Position numbers and translations under genes: made by a program | Notes under the pieces: generated by a model | Told to the model about the DNA's origin: nothing | Databases searched by the model: none | Seen by the model: the letters and a program-made list of their open reading frames with translations, nothing else | Shown: positions 1 to 12,700 of the stretch, one piece after another | Position numbering within the stretch: position 1 is the stretch's first letter | How the letters are laid out: each line of letters begins with the position of its first letter | Origin: Octopus bimaculoides | Taxonomy: Eukaryota | Reading direction: 5' to 3' | NCBI RefSeq assembly: GCF_001194135.2 | Contig: NC_068989.1 | Coordinates: forward strand, 94,914,541 to 94,978,540 | Length of the DNA: 64,000 nt

Positions 1-402
1 CCAAGGTGGTGTCTCAGAATAACCGCAGAACAATGGGTGAAAGGAGAAAGAGATGAAAGATAAACTAAACAGGATCGTTTATCTTCTAAAACTGGAGGGT
101 TATTGGTTGAGGCATTGGGCTGAAGAGGGTAAGTCTGTGCATTGTCGCCTTGAATAACGCTTTTCATTCCACGTTATTTCCGTCCATTTAGCTGAAAATG
201 AGTTCCACCACGCGCTGGCGACGTCCAGGCGTCAATAATACAGAGAGAGTCATCAAGACTAGTAGCTGCAGTTGTAGTCGTTTTTGTTGCTGTAGCAGGA
301 ACAGTAGCAGCAGCGACAGCAGGTGTAATGACCGCCCGACTAATATGCCGCTCCATATAATGGTTTCCATTATCGCTTGAGATACGTCGATGGTATTGAC
401 AG

Positions 403-543
403 CACGATGACGACGACCACCACCACCACGGCGATGATGATAACGCTGACGTCGACGACGCCGACGACGACCACGGCGATGGTGACAACGATGACGTCGA
501 CGACGACTGTGACGATAATGTTGAGGAAGAAAGTTCGCAGTAA
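403..543. repeat. Cryptic (GAC/GAT/CAC)n trinucleotide low-complexity tract
   Basis: Degenerate GAC/GAT/CAC triplets run for about 140 nt; GC-rich relative to the window. Confidence 0.85.
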
Positions 544-820
544 CAATCAATACGACGAAAACCGAAGAATGTCTTAATGAAGTTAACAATCAGTTTTTCT
601 TTTCTTTTCTTTTCCTCAGAGAACCAATTAATAGGAAATTCTACAGAAATTGAAAAATGTGAATGAAACCGATATTAAATTCTTGTCAAAGGGAAATGCA
701 AGACCTTTAATGCTCTAACATATTTATGACAACTTGGTAGAGAGGACTACAAAGTCCTAGTGGTAGACGCATCATTAGGCGTGCTGCAGGAGTGAAGTAA
801 GCACAAGGCATACAGCAAGC

Positions 821-903
821 GCAGGTGTGCCGCAGGTGTGCCGCAGGTGTGCCGCATGTGTGCCGCAGGTGTGCCGCAGGTGCAGGTGTGACGCATGTGT
901 GGC
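821..903. repeat. 11-bp minisatellite (GCAGGTGTGCC)n, about 7.5 units
   Basis: Units read directly: GCAGGTGTGCC x3, GCATGTGTGCC, GCAGGTGTGCC, GCAGGT, GCAGGTGTGAC, GCATGTGTGGC. Confidence 0.95.
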
Positions 904-944
904 GTAGCTGCTGGCACGGCTGTGTGGCAAGATGTCTGATTTCC

Positions 945-1069
945 GTTCTATGGTTCTGGATTCAGTTCCACTGAGTGACACCTTGGTTGAATGTATCTTC
1001 TACTATAGCCTTGGTCAAAACTTTTCAGAGGGAATTTGGTAGACGGAAACTGAGAGAAGACCGTTGTGT

Positions 1070-1144
<75 letters not shown>

Positions 1145-1262
1145 TGCGCGTTAGCTTTATGTTTTCATCTGGACTCCACGACCGGATAAATACTGGCGTT
1201 GCTTTGTTTACGTCTCCGTATCCTAGCGCTTCGGTAAAAAGGGTCAGATAGAATAAATACAA
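945..1262 (+). mobile_element. tRNA-derived SINE, family A, with internal (TG)n
   Basis: ATGGTTCTGGATTCAGTTCCACT...ACACCTTGG...TCTTCTACTATAGCC...TTTGGTAGACGGAAACTGA, then (TG)n and the 3' body; matches the copies at 60059 and 63725. Confidence 0.75.
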
Positions 1263-1274
1263 GATTTAAACAAA

Positions 1275-1400
1275 AAATAATTACTGAGGTCGTTGATGAC
1301 ACTTGCCCATTTTCCCGAGGTGCTCCGCATTGGGTATGAACCCGAAACCACGTGGTTACAAAGCAATCTTCTTAGCCACTCAGCGATTTCTGCGCCCAGA
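1275..1400 (-). mobile_element. SINE family A, 5' fragment, diverged
   Basis: GACACTTGCCC...GAACCCGAAACCACGTGGTT...CTTAGCCAC...GCGCC is the reverse complement of the family A head. Confidence 0.55.
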
Positions 1401-4400
1401 CTGTGCCGTTCGAATTTTATTACTTTTCTACACAACTGACATTTATTAACGATTCAAAGAAACATCGAACGTATTTATTGTAAAACATTCTATTCGACCC
1501 TTTAACATCTTTCATATCTCAAACAACCAAGATTCAATACATTTTACTTTGTGGTGAACCTAGTTTGATAATGTGTTTATTAGGTCCTCTAATGTATTGA
1601 ATTTCATGAGGATATGTTCACCTTAGTATATTCAGAGGCATAAATTGAAACAAATTTATTTCACATAATATTTCATATGTTTAAATTTCGAGTGCAAATT
1701 CCGCAATGGTTGTTTTTCTTTTCGATCTGTTCAGAGTCTATCACATAAATGTTTGTAATAGACTGATCGATTGTATAAAATAAACAAACATTGAGTTGCT
1801 GTATTTACAAACAATCGACATCTAAAGGACAATGTACACTACCATTAATCTAATTTTATGGTCTTGTCGAAGGTATTTTACATGTCGTAACAAGGGAGGG
1901 AGTCATCGATTCATATTGACAACTTTTACATTTTTCTTTCCATTTATATCATTTATATATGAATTATTTCCTGTCGCTTTCTGAAATTTTTATAGCCAAT
2001 ATTAATTAATATTACACCTGGTAATATGAAAAAAAGTGTCTGCCCAAAAGATGTTTGATTCAAATGGAAGATTTCCATAATTATTAATGCTTCAAATGAA
2101 GCTATATACAATGAGTGTATGAAAGAACACCTCTTATCAATAGGTTACAAGTGCTTTCGAATCAATATAGCCAAATTCACCTGCTTCTTGATAGCTTTCG
2201 TTATGTCCATTTTGCTATTGATTTAAGTTTTGTAGGAAAACATAGCCTTCCAGCTTGTAGCAGTTTTCACCATTCAGTGATAAATAGCTCAATAAAATAA
2301 CAGCGTGAATATTTTAGAAGACTTTTATAAACATCGAGAGCTCTCATCCTCCTATGTGTTTTAAATCTTGCGGCTTATCACTTTGTCGTGGTTTGGAGAG
2401 TAACTTTCTTTGTTTGAGTATATTCAATGAAGCGAATATTTGATTTATTCATATATTTTTAATTTAGTCTCCGCGAGGTTTCTGTCGTACACTGCATTGT
2501 TATTAAGTGTGTCGTCTTCAGCCCTTTGATTGTGAAATACATAATGTTTGCTACTCGCATTTTTCAATGAGTTAATAGAAATAAAATTATATCTTATCTA
2601 TGAAAGCTTAAATTTCCGACAGCAATTCCATGAAGAAACTTGATAAACAATCAAAGAACCTAAATGTGGAGAATCTAAAAGACATTGAAAAGCAAATGAA
2701 TTGTGATAGAATGGAGCTAAAATAGAACCAAAGCTTATTGGCTTTTTGTCGATATAATTTTACTTAGATGACCAGTTATAACCTAACATGAAGTGTAACA
2801 TTCGCATTTGCAAAGCAAGATCGGATATTTGAAAACCTACTTCCAATGTCCTTCTATACTTTCTTACTTTGTTCGTCTGAATCATTCTCACAATAAAATG
2901 CATACTTTTAAATTAATTTATTTCTTAGAGCAAAATATAAATCCTCACTAAGATGGAGATGAAGCTAGTTGCAGAATAAGACGAATGATTACATTACCCC
3001 GGTTTCGCTTGCGCGCGCAGGGCGAGGTTTGTGCTCTAAAATGGACTAAACTAAAGAATGCCGATATCACTAACACGTTGTGGCAGTGGAGGGAGTGATA
3101 CAGTTGTCAAGTACCGAAAGTGTTACGAACTCCACTCGAAAGCAGACGACGGCTGCAATGCGTGATGCTTTGAAAATAAACAATAATATAAGTTTTTCAA
3201 CTTACAGTCCTTTTCTAATGCAGGAAAGCTCATATTTAAATCAGTTAAATTCGGCATAAAGCTACTTCATTTGTGTAATTGATAAAACTGATTCAATCAC
3301 TGCATGCTTACATAGCTGATTATTAAAGGTACTAAACTACAGCCGTTACTCGGAATCGTGAACGACGTAGTAACATGTGACATGCTCAGTATTTTGGGTA
3401 AGTCGTTCCTAAAAAGGAAGGACACAGTGCTCAATCGTAGATATATTCACGGCTGCAACACGTTTCATTAATCTTGAACGATGAACTCTGGCTCAGACTA
3501 AACAGCAACAACTGCAACAGCAACATCTACAATAGCTCGCCTACAACTGCACTACTTGAATGTATGTAATGCAAACCAATGGGCGTTGAGAATTGAATGT
3601 CTTGGTTCTGGAATATTCACATCACTTATGACAGAATAAGAATTGTCGACTAGATGAAAGATCGATTATCCAACGCCATATGGACAATGATTGTTTGCTG
3701 CATTGAGGTTAATAGTCATTTATTTATTATTATTTTAATCTTGAAGATAATCTAAATTCCCTTGATAAATATATCATTATAATTCACAAGAGATTACATA
3801 CCAAAAGCAAGTTATCAATCTCCATGCTCCATTAACAAAAATAAACATGCTTAGATAATATGATATTTGCTATAACATCTATATCATGCCATGATATTTA
3901 TTATATCACGCTATGATATTTACTATAACATCCAGCCCTGAAATCGTTAACAACATTCTAGATTTCTTGCACTCATTACATGTTCTGGCTACATTAACTT
4001 ATAACTGCTTTCACATACTTTCATTCTCTATTGTATTTTGCTCAAAGGATTCTTTCTTGTAATCGGCAATACTCTTTATATACATCTAATAGCACCAGTT
4101 CACAATAAGAATAAAGAATTTCGTTTCAACATTTTACTGTTGGTTTGAGAAAGGGTTAATACTCTACTATTTTATATTTTGCAGCTAAAGTTCGCGTGCT
4201 GTTTTCCGAGAAGCACCTTCAATTGTTTTAATTATTTTCAGAATATTTGTCAAGTGTACAATTTTGCGATCGCAGCTGCTGTTTAAGTTTCAGCCATTAT
4301 GATGGCTTTATAATGCTTCCTGCTCTGTAGAATGACGCCTGAATTAAATAAAAGAACCAAAAAAAAAAGGAAGTGTCCCGAATTTATCCCGTAAAGGAAA

Positions 4401-4480
4401 ATAAATGGCGAAATATCTGGTATTGACTTCGATCCGTAACTTGGCATGATTTATAAGTACATGATAACACAGCAGCGTTT

Positions 4481-4497
4481 AGTAGTAGTAGTAGTAT

Positions 4498-4569
<72 letters not shown>

Positions 4570-4592
4570 CACCACCATCACCACCACCACCA
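4481..4592. repeat. (TAG)n followed by (CAC)n microsatellite
   Basis: Direct inspection. Confidence 0.95.
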
Positions 4593-4889
4593 CCAGCAGT
4601 GGTTTCTGCTGTGAGAGGATTTCCTTCAGCAGGCTTCGCTTGAGATGTATTTAATCTCCGTAGATAAATTAATAAACAGCGTTCAGCCAAGATGTCGATA
4701 TTGAGACCTTATCTCAATATCTCACACCCTTATCGCAATATCGGAAAAACTGGAGTAGACACTGGTCACTTTGGCTAGAGTTGTGCTCTTTTAATGATGC
4801 TTCTGTGGAAATTGAATTCCTACAACAGGATGGGTGAGTAATGAATGATTGATCACAAATATAACGTTGTCTGTGTTAGTTGTCAGTCG

Positions 4890-5110
4890 TTGTAGTTGCT
4901 GATGTTTAACCCCAGGTCAATACTGATTTAGTACACACATCGAAAGCGTTCCAGTCGCAACCATCCTGTTTTTTTTTGTTTTTTTATTCAGACAACGTGT
5001 ATATCTCATATTACGTTGTCTATTGTAGTCTTAGGTGAGCAGGCTAATATTTAAAATATATTTAGTTGCTATTTCAAGTTAATCGATTAACCACGTAGCG
5101 TCTCTCATTT
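4890..5110 (+). mobile_element. Unclassified interspersed repeat, family D
   Basis: GTTTAACCCCAGGTCAA...TCAGACA...TATATCT...GTTGCTATTTC; similar segments occur near 26830 (-), 61225 (+) and 61460 (+). Confidence 0.55.
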
Positions 5111-7143
5111 TGCTTCGCAATTACAGCACCTGAAATTTCCTTATGCTGAAATTGCATCGGTTAAAAGAACTTCAATATTATTGCTCCTACAACACAACTA
5201 AATCAGACTTGTTTTAATAGTAATGTTAATTGCTCTCATTTCGAGACAGTTTTATTCCCACATCTAATTTAACAGTTACATAAATACGTCGGAGATTACA
5301 TGCATTACTCGTACCAATATGACAGACAAATACACATGAGACTACATTAGTATTTATCTCCAATTGCAGAAGAATCTTGTTCTTCATCGTGTTAGAATTT
5401 ACCTGGTTATACAGAGAAATAAGTTTATTTAATATTAATTGGTAATTCATCAGACTGGAATAATGGAAATGCTTCCACTTAATGCAGTTTTTCAATACTT
5501 TTTACGGGGATTTATTTTTTGCATTACTGTCGTTAATAAAATTTTGTTAGCCATATCATATCACTACAAAATAAATATCCCCAACAAACGAATCACTAAG
5601 TTTGGGCTTTTATTTTAATAATCAGAAACTATTTCAACAACGAATAGATGTTCACCTATGCTCGGCATTAAGTTGATTAGTTACCCAATACGTAATTACA
5701 TGCCCGAAAGAGTATATGGTTCTACCTCAATAATTATCATCAGCACAGCAACAGTACCACATTGATGCCGCTCAGACAAGAGTTTCAGAAAGGAATAAAG
5801 AACATTTATAATCTTAGATAATTTGTACAACTAAAACTGGAATCTTCCTCAGATTAAAAATTTGCGATGTAAACATATTTTGGTGCAATGCTAACTCGAA
5901 CCATTTGAATATTTTGTATGCAAAAACTACACCAACAATAGATTTAAAGATGAAAAAGCGAAAGTTACATAAAATTAGTTAAGAAAAATTCACATTTTAG
6001 AAAATATTGAATAATAATTTATGAGGTAAGAAATAGAATTAACAACCACACAATCATAAAATGCTTGAAACTTCAAATAAATCTTAAGCACCATTACTGA
6101 AGGACAAAAATATTTGAAATTCTAATATACATGAATCTAATACAGAAAGAAGAATTTCGTATTGTAACACTGCTTAAACAACGCTTTTTAAATTCTGGGG
6201 AATTCTAGAGACAAATGCTTTCAAAACAATCATTAACGTTTGTAAAGGCTTTTGGAATTATTAGAAGAAAACAGTAGTTATTTCCTCTTCTAGACTCTGT
6301 GACCATCACGGAACTTTAAAAGCATAAAAAATATAGGGTGCAAGTATACTCATTCATATGAAATTTGCTTGCAAATTGGAATCTAAAAGAAAGATAAAAT
6401 GAAATCAGTCAGCTAATACTGATATGGATGTGAACTGAAATCGTGTCAATTCAAGTGCATTTGCAGGTTGGAAATGAAACGTTAAACACTGTACAACAGG
6501 CCAACACATAACGCAGTGTGATAGCATAATTCCATTTGATTCGGGACTACTTTCAATTAGTCAGTCATAACAATTGATAAGCACAACTCCAAGAGCAACG
6601 GGAGCAGACTGCACTTACTTTAAGCATAAATTGACGCTGATACAGATATTTGATAAATCAGTCTTTTGAATTCCGAACCGGATCGGCGACAGGTCTCAGA
6701 AAAATATATGATTTTAATTGTAAATGCAAGTAACATAATATTGGAGATGAAAAATATTTAAATTGAAGTGGTAGGTTGTCAGATATTATACGATATAAGG
6801 CTAGAGTTATCAGGCATATTAAATGCTCATAATTAAATGTACATATATACATATATATATGTGTGTGTGTATGTGAGAGAGAGTATAGTGTGTGTGTGTG
6901 GGGGGGGGGTAGCCTTCAACTGAATACCAACGCAGGAAGTTTGTTTGAATTAGTTTACTTTGAAAACGTTATAAGTGATGAAACCTTGATGAAACTGCAA
7001 CAACTAGGATACATAATTGCATACGGTGTAGAGTGTAGTTGTTACAATTGGAACATATGTTGGTCATTGTTATATATGCTGTATTAAACTTTTTGAATGA
7101 AGATTTGGATGTGAATAAATATCCACTCTCCTCTTCGTTTTCA

Positions 7144-7199
<56 letters not shown>

Positions 7200-7569
7200 C
7201 ACTAATAAGTATTATATATTATGTGTACGTTAATATACGTTGCTTATTATATCTTACTCAACGGGAATTATTAGAAAGTCGAATAATGCGATATTCGCCT
7301 TATGAGATCTTTTCATACAGACACACTGTGCTAAGAGCATAAACATGCATCCCTGGCAGACCAGAACCGTCTGACATGAGTGCCGAACTGGCAGATCACA
7401 TCATTTCAGTGCTCAGTGCTGTCTCAATGTCCCCTCGCCGCATACACACATATATATATATGTATATATATACATTGTATACAATCTAAATCTCACTCAC
7501 ATCGATATGTAGAATAAGAGTGACCTTTTAGTCAATTATGTCACAAATAACCAATAGGCTTAATAAAAA

Positions 7570-8290
7570 AATAAATATTAGTGACGGAGTTTTAATACCG
7601 AATCGCAGTTTGTATAATGTATTCGTGGATGTGTTATTAGATTGACGAGAACTGCGGTATCCGGCTTGAGAGGCCCTCTTATATGATACTCTCAGCACCA
7701 CGCGCCAGTATGAACATTGCAGAGGCTGTAAAACGTGACATGGACAGACGCAACTGAGACTACGAAGCCGTGGCCAGTAAAAAAGGACACAGAGGTTTTT
7801 CTGTTTGCGTCAGCATGCCGGAGTTCGGTCTTACATAACTGACGCAATTCAAACGGCTAAATGAAGCTGCTAGAGAAATGGTTAATCTGTAGCTGGAACG
7901 GCTCCCTGCTGGAAAACCATATGTGGCAGCAATATTTGGCTCCTTGTCATACTTCCGATAGAAATCATACATGGGTGTTGGAGAATTTCTATGACTTCCA
8001 CAGCCCCTATTTCTAGCCGCTTAATTGCTCCTATTGTAATTCCATCGGTTACTATGTGTAGTTTTTCAACTGAAACAGACTCCAACTGCTCTGCCTGCAA
8101 TATCCAAGCCGTGCTGGTGGCCAAGATCAAGGAGGTGTTTGAAAATCTTCCCAAAACACATTGAGGAACACTAAGTTCCGGAGTTGTCTTGAGGGTGTGG
8201 TAGAAGCTGAGGGCGGCTACTTTTGGTAACGATAATAATCGGGTTGATATCTCTAGATTTTTTTTTTTAATAATTTTATATTTGAATGGG
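7570..8290 (+). mobile_element. Decayed, internally deleted Tc1/mariner transposon, maT/DD37D-like
   Basis: With frameshifts and stops the + strand gives LERLPAGKPYV-QQYLAPCHTSDRNHTWVLENFYDFHSP...IQAVLVAKIKEVFENLPK...FRSCLEGVVEAEGGYF, matching the maT C-terminal pattern (PYVWQQDSAPCH...WPPNSPDxNP...EAVVEAEGGYF). A short N-terminal-like piece (DYEAVASKK) lies at about 7760. Confidence 0.8.
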
Positions 8291-9164
8291 ACATTGTGTT
8301 TTCTCTGTACATATATACTAATACCTATTCTAATAAGCAGCTGGCCTTTTAGTGAATTTCGAGAAAATGAAAACAGATATTCGGCGGTTATTTTCAAATG
8401 AATTGAGAAAATATGAAACAATTTTAGCCTCATGACCAAATTATGTGAAAAGAGAAGAGAAAAAGTTAACTTTTTAAAATAAGTTTGGTTAACGTTTAGA
8501 GATTAGTATTTCGAACACTTCTCACATGGCGGCTCAGAGCATACAGAATTGAAACTCTTCGGAGATTCATTTTGATGTTTTCGAGTAAAACAATAGCAAC
8601 CGCCAAAATTCTTTTGACAAATGAATTATCGGACTAATTTGCTTCTGTTCGTGACACAAAGCTTGGCAAGTCAATAACTAATCGCTCTCGGGAAAAATAA
8701 CGAAAGTGTATGACTGCAAAAGAAGAAAATTGTTGAACAAAGCAATAAAATCGATGTGAATATGGCAAACGTTAGTGTTCTTCTCATTATTCTTGATCAT
8801 TGCATGTATCAAAAGTGTTGCAAGGTTATGACACCAACCCCACACCAAAACCAAACATAGTTTATAATGAACTTGTGTTCAACCCTCAACATTTTGGTGG
8901 CTTCATTTACCAATTTGTTCTTTAAATATACTAGGAAATTTCAGTCGGAATAACTGTTGTAAAATGTATGTAGCAATTACTAGACATCAAATAAAAAAAT
9001 GTAATATAGTAATCAGGAATAAATATCATCAATGGATAGATCAAGCGTTTACAAGGTGCTAAGAATACACGGGAAGTAGTTATCATATCGTACTATGCAT
9101 TCTATGACAATAACAAGAACAACAACAATAATACTAATAATAATAATGATGATAAATGCCCTGA

Positions 9165-9556
9165 TGCAGTACCAGGCACTGCCTCTCAAAACTTCTGATC
9201 TTAACTGATTGGAAGTGTTACCATGTACATTGTTTTGTCTTAGTATAAAGGATGGACTATAGCAAATAGTCTGCTCAATACCACAGATTTGCTTGTCAGT
9301 TGTTTGACCTTAACCAGTTGAGCATGTCCCTTGGTGGCTGACGATATGTGCCTCTCTGATCATGAGCAGGTACAACTCGCATTCTAAGAAGAGTATTGCC
9401 TCTTTGAGTCACAGGAGAAGGAAAGAATAACTGGTGATTAAGAACTATCTGAGAGTCTTTCGGAATAGAGAGTCATCAGTAGTCATGATAGATATATTGG
9501 GCTTTGTATATTTGTACCCCAGAGTCACTTTGATGGCATGCGCTGCTCTCTTACTC

Positions 9557-9560
<4 letters not shown>
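9165..9560 (-). mobile_element. Unclassified interspersed repeat, family E, flanked by (AAT)n
   Basis: About 400 bp of complex sequence between AAT-type runs at ~9118-9150 and 9558-9606; resembles an abundant octopus repeat as I recall it; orientation tentative. Confidence 0.5.
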
Positions 9561-9606
<46 letters not shown>

Positions 9607-9607
<1 letters not shown>

Positions 9608-9727
9608 CCTTTCTACTAAAGGCACAAGGTCTGAAATTTTGGAGTTGGGGACTAGACGATTTTGTCGATCAACAGGTAGTTATTTTATCAGCTCTGAAAG
9701 GATGAAAGGCAAAGTCGACCTCGGCAA
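9607..9727 (-). mobile_element. SINE family B, 3' part
   Basis: CTTTCTACTAAAGGCACAAGG...GGATGAAAGGCAAAGTCGACCTCGGC matches the reverse complement of the 34512 copy. Confidence 0.8.
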
Positions 9728-12700
9728 ACGGAGGAGGGCGATAAGGTTTTCTAATTTTGGGATAAATCCATCAAATTTGAGGCGGGGGAGTTAATAGCCC
9801 AACCATGTCGACATATATCTACTAGAGTCATCATTTTACTTTTTGCTTTCGGTTGGCTTAGTGTTCAGGTCCAGTCAGCACTGGAGCAACTCCAGATGGT
9901 ACCATGGAATCCTATATCACTGACTCTTCAGATTATTTGTACAAATTTTACATTCTATTGGGTCGAAGGTATCGTAAAAACAAAAAGAATTATGAACTCA
10001 CGAATGGGAAATATAAGAGTAAGTAAAATACATTATCTCGCGTGTCTTTTATTTATACCAGTTCACTAGCTTTGTTCTTCTCTTATGTTTCTTGTCACAA
10101 AAATTAAAGAATAAAATGCGACGTTCTGAATCAAGAAGTTGTCCGATAAATTGAAGTCACCTTAGCGTTTCAGTCCATAGCCGTGTCGTTCCCTCACATC
10201 CTGTATCGCTGCTTTTAAAATATAGGATTTGTGTGCTTAATCAAAACAAAACAATATATTTTAACGGGTAAAGGCATATCGCACGCAGAAAATCACAACA
10301 TTCATTTGTTTTTTTGTTTTTGTTTTTTTTTATCTGAAAATCAAATATTTGTTTTCATGTCAAACATATTTATTTATAGGAAGTTCGCCGAACTTACACA
10401 GCTCGGAAAGACTAAGTCATAATAATAATAATAATAATAATAGTGAGAGAATAGCAATTTCCTCTGTTATCGGTTCGTTCCAATGTACGGTTCCAAAGAT
10501 GATATTACATACTCGTTGATTTTATTGCATTTTTTGCCAAGCTTTTTAACTGATATCATCACAGATTTTATTTTGATATGCAAATATATGCTAACAAATA
10601 TCACGTTCTATTTTGTGCCCTACAGTTTCATATGTATTCCTATAAATAAATCATGTATAAGGCTTTTATTAGCTCGTGTTTATATTTGTATTACATACCA
10701 TTAAAGGCAATAACAAAAAAGTCACGAGTTTCTCTGACATTTTACAAACGCACATTATATTCCCCGATACAGAAAATGGAGTAGAAATATAATTGTCACA
10801 TGTCTAGGTATGTGCGTGTTTAATGCAAATAAATATTTTCACGTGTGTGTTTGGAGGCGTGTGCCTTAATGTGTGTGTGTCAACGTTTAGAAATATATAT
10901 GGGTGTGCTTTTGGAAGGCATTTGGAGAAGAAGTAGGGGGTGGTGGGTTCAAAAGTGATGGATAACTATATCTGTGCGTGTGACTGTTCGCGAGTATCTA
11001 GAATGTTATATAACCGAAGAAATATATGTATATATGTGTGTGTGTGTGTATGTGTGTGTGTGTGTGTGTATGTGTGTGTGTGTGCAATTGGGTTTAGCTT
11101 TACAAATGCTAGAGGAACCCAAACGTAGAGCAAAATATATATAATTTTGTTAGTATCTGAGATTATTATAACAGGAGCAACGCAAAGGTGGTGGAGTTTA
11201 GTGCTGAAACACCTGTCAGACGGAAAAATCAAAATTCCCTGATTCCTGTACACAAATACACAAACTCTGACACACACACACACTCACACACACACACACA
11301 CACACACGCACACACACACACACACACACACGCATACACACACTCACACACACACACACATTCCTCCCTCTTTCCAGATAGATATATATAAAACTATTAT
11401 GTGTATAAGTGTGTGTGTGTGTGTGTGCATATATATACATACGTCATAAATGCATGCACATATACACACCTAATTATATCTTTATATGTATGTAGATGTG
11501 TGTGTGTGTGTGTGTGTGATAATGTAGTTGGGTGTGTTTAAAATAAAGCTCAGAAACACAATTTCGTGTCTTATATAAATATACAGGTGACATATAAATA
11601 TAAAAGTAGCAAGTTTGTTTTAATACTATAAACATTTTTTCCTCCACCAACCACAGCCTGTGAGATTGCCAATAGCTTTCCCAGCACGCCTTCACTTAGT
11701 TAATAATGTTATCACGACTCTTGAAAGTCTGCAATCTTTTTGGCAACAATCGTATCTATTTAACATCTGGGCAATTTGTACAAACCCAAATTGATGAATA
11801 TATTTTTGTTTTTATTTTACTTTCGTATCCAAAATACTATTAGCATCTGTGAGTTTCTATATTTAAACTCATTCACTGTTTGTAGTTTGGGGGTGGCTTA
11901 CTTATATCGTACTACTTTTAGCAGCAGTGAGAAACACTTGGGAAAAAAGGTGCAGCGATATATTCTGTTAGAAAACAGACACTAGAAACGGTTTTACTTG
12001 CCATTAATAAAATAGACGGTCGTAGCTTGCTGTAGAAAAACAAAACTATGAATTACTTTTTCTATGCAATACAAAGAATTTTAAATTTTTTGGAAGAGAC
12101 TTTAAAAGGAAGGAAGGTTAGTGAAAACAGTGAGAAGCAATTAACTGTATTTCTCGAGCAACTCACATCGTATTTCTTTGACTAACATTTGCAAATTAAA
12201 ACACGAACATTCAGGTAGTCTCGTCCATCTTGTTTCTCCTCCTCTCATCATACTTGTCTGCAAACCCTCCAGGCCCCGCATTAATCACTATGTACAATCC
12301 TTGCTGCCCAGAATGTTGTCCCTTTTTGTTCTTATCTTTCCTACAAGTGTTGACTTATAATGGTTCGAAGGAGACATTAATGGCATCAAACTCATTGGGT
12401 TAGCAAAGTCTGCGAAGAACATTGGCAGTGTCTTTTTTCCATACAAAGCAAATTTTTAAAAATCGGTCATAGCAAAGAAAGTATACCCTTTAAAAGCGTT
12501 AGTTGGCGCCGCAAGCTCGATTCGTGGTCGAGACATTCCATTCATTTTAGCAAACCTGTTAGAAATATGCCTGCTAGAATTATAAACACTCACACACATG
12601 CGCATATACTCTCTGTGAATGCAGAATGATAACAACTATATTGCTATCTTGGCTTTTATCAAAGATATTCAATAGAATTTAGGTTACACAACCTCATCTG

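Noticed and set aside
821-903. Tandem arrays here and at 56391-56475 considered as CRISPR-like
   Set aside because: The units are contiguous with no unique spacers, there are no cas genes, and the context is eukaryotic.
7882-8439. 185-aa minus-strand ORF
   Set aside because: It is antisense to the decayed transposase on the + strand and has no recognisable motif.
8340-8860. Possible hAT transposase remnant (ELKLFGDSF)
   Set aside because: There are too many stops and no second motif such as the dimerisation-domain signature.
12460-12556. Possible minus-strand terminal exon FAKMNGMSRPRIELAAPTNAFKGYTFFAMTDF*
   Set aside because: Only an acceptor supports it, I recognise no homology, and it has no convincing partner exon.
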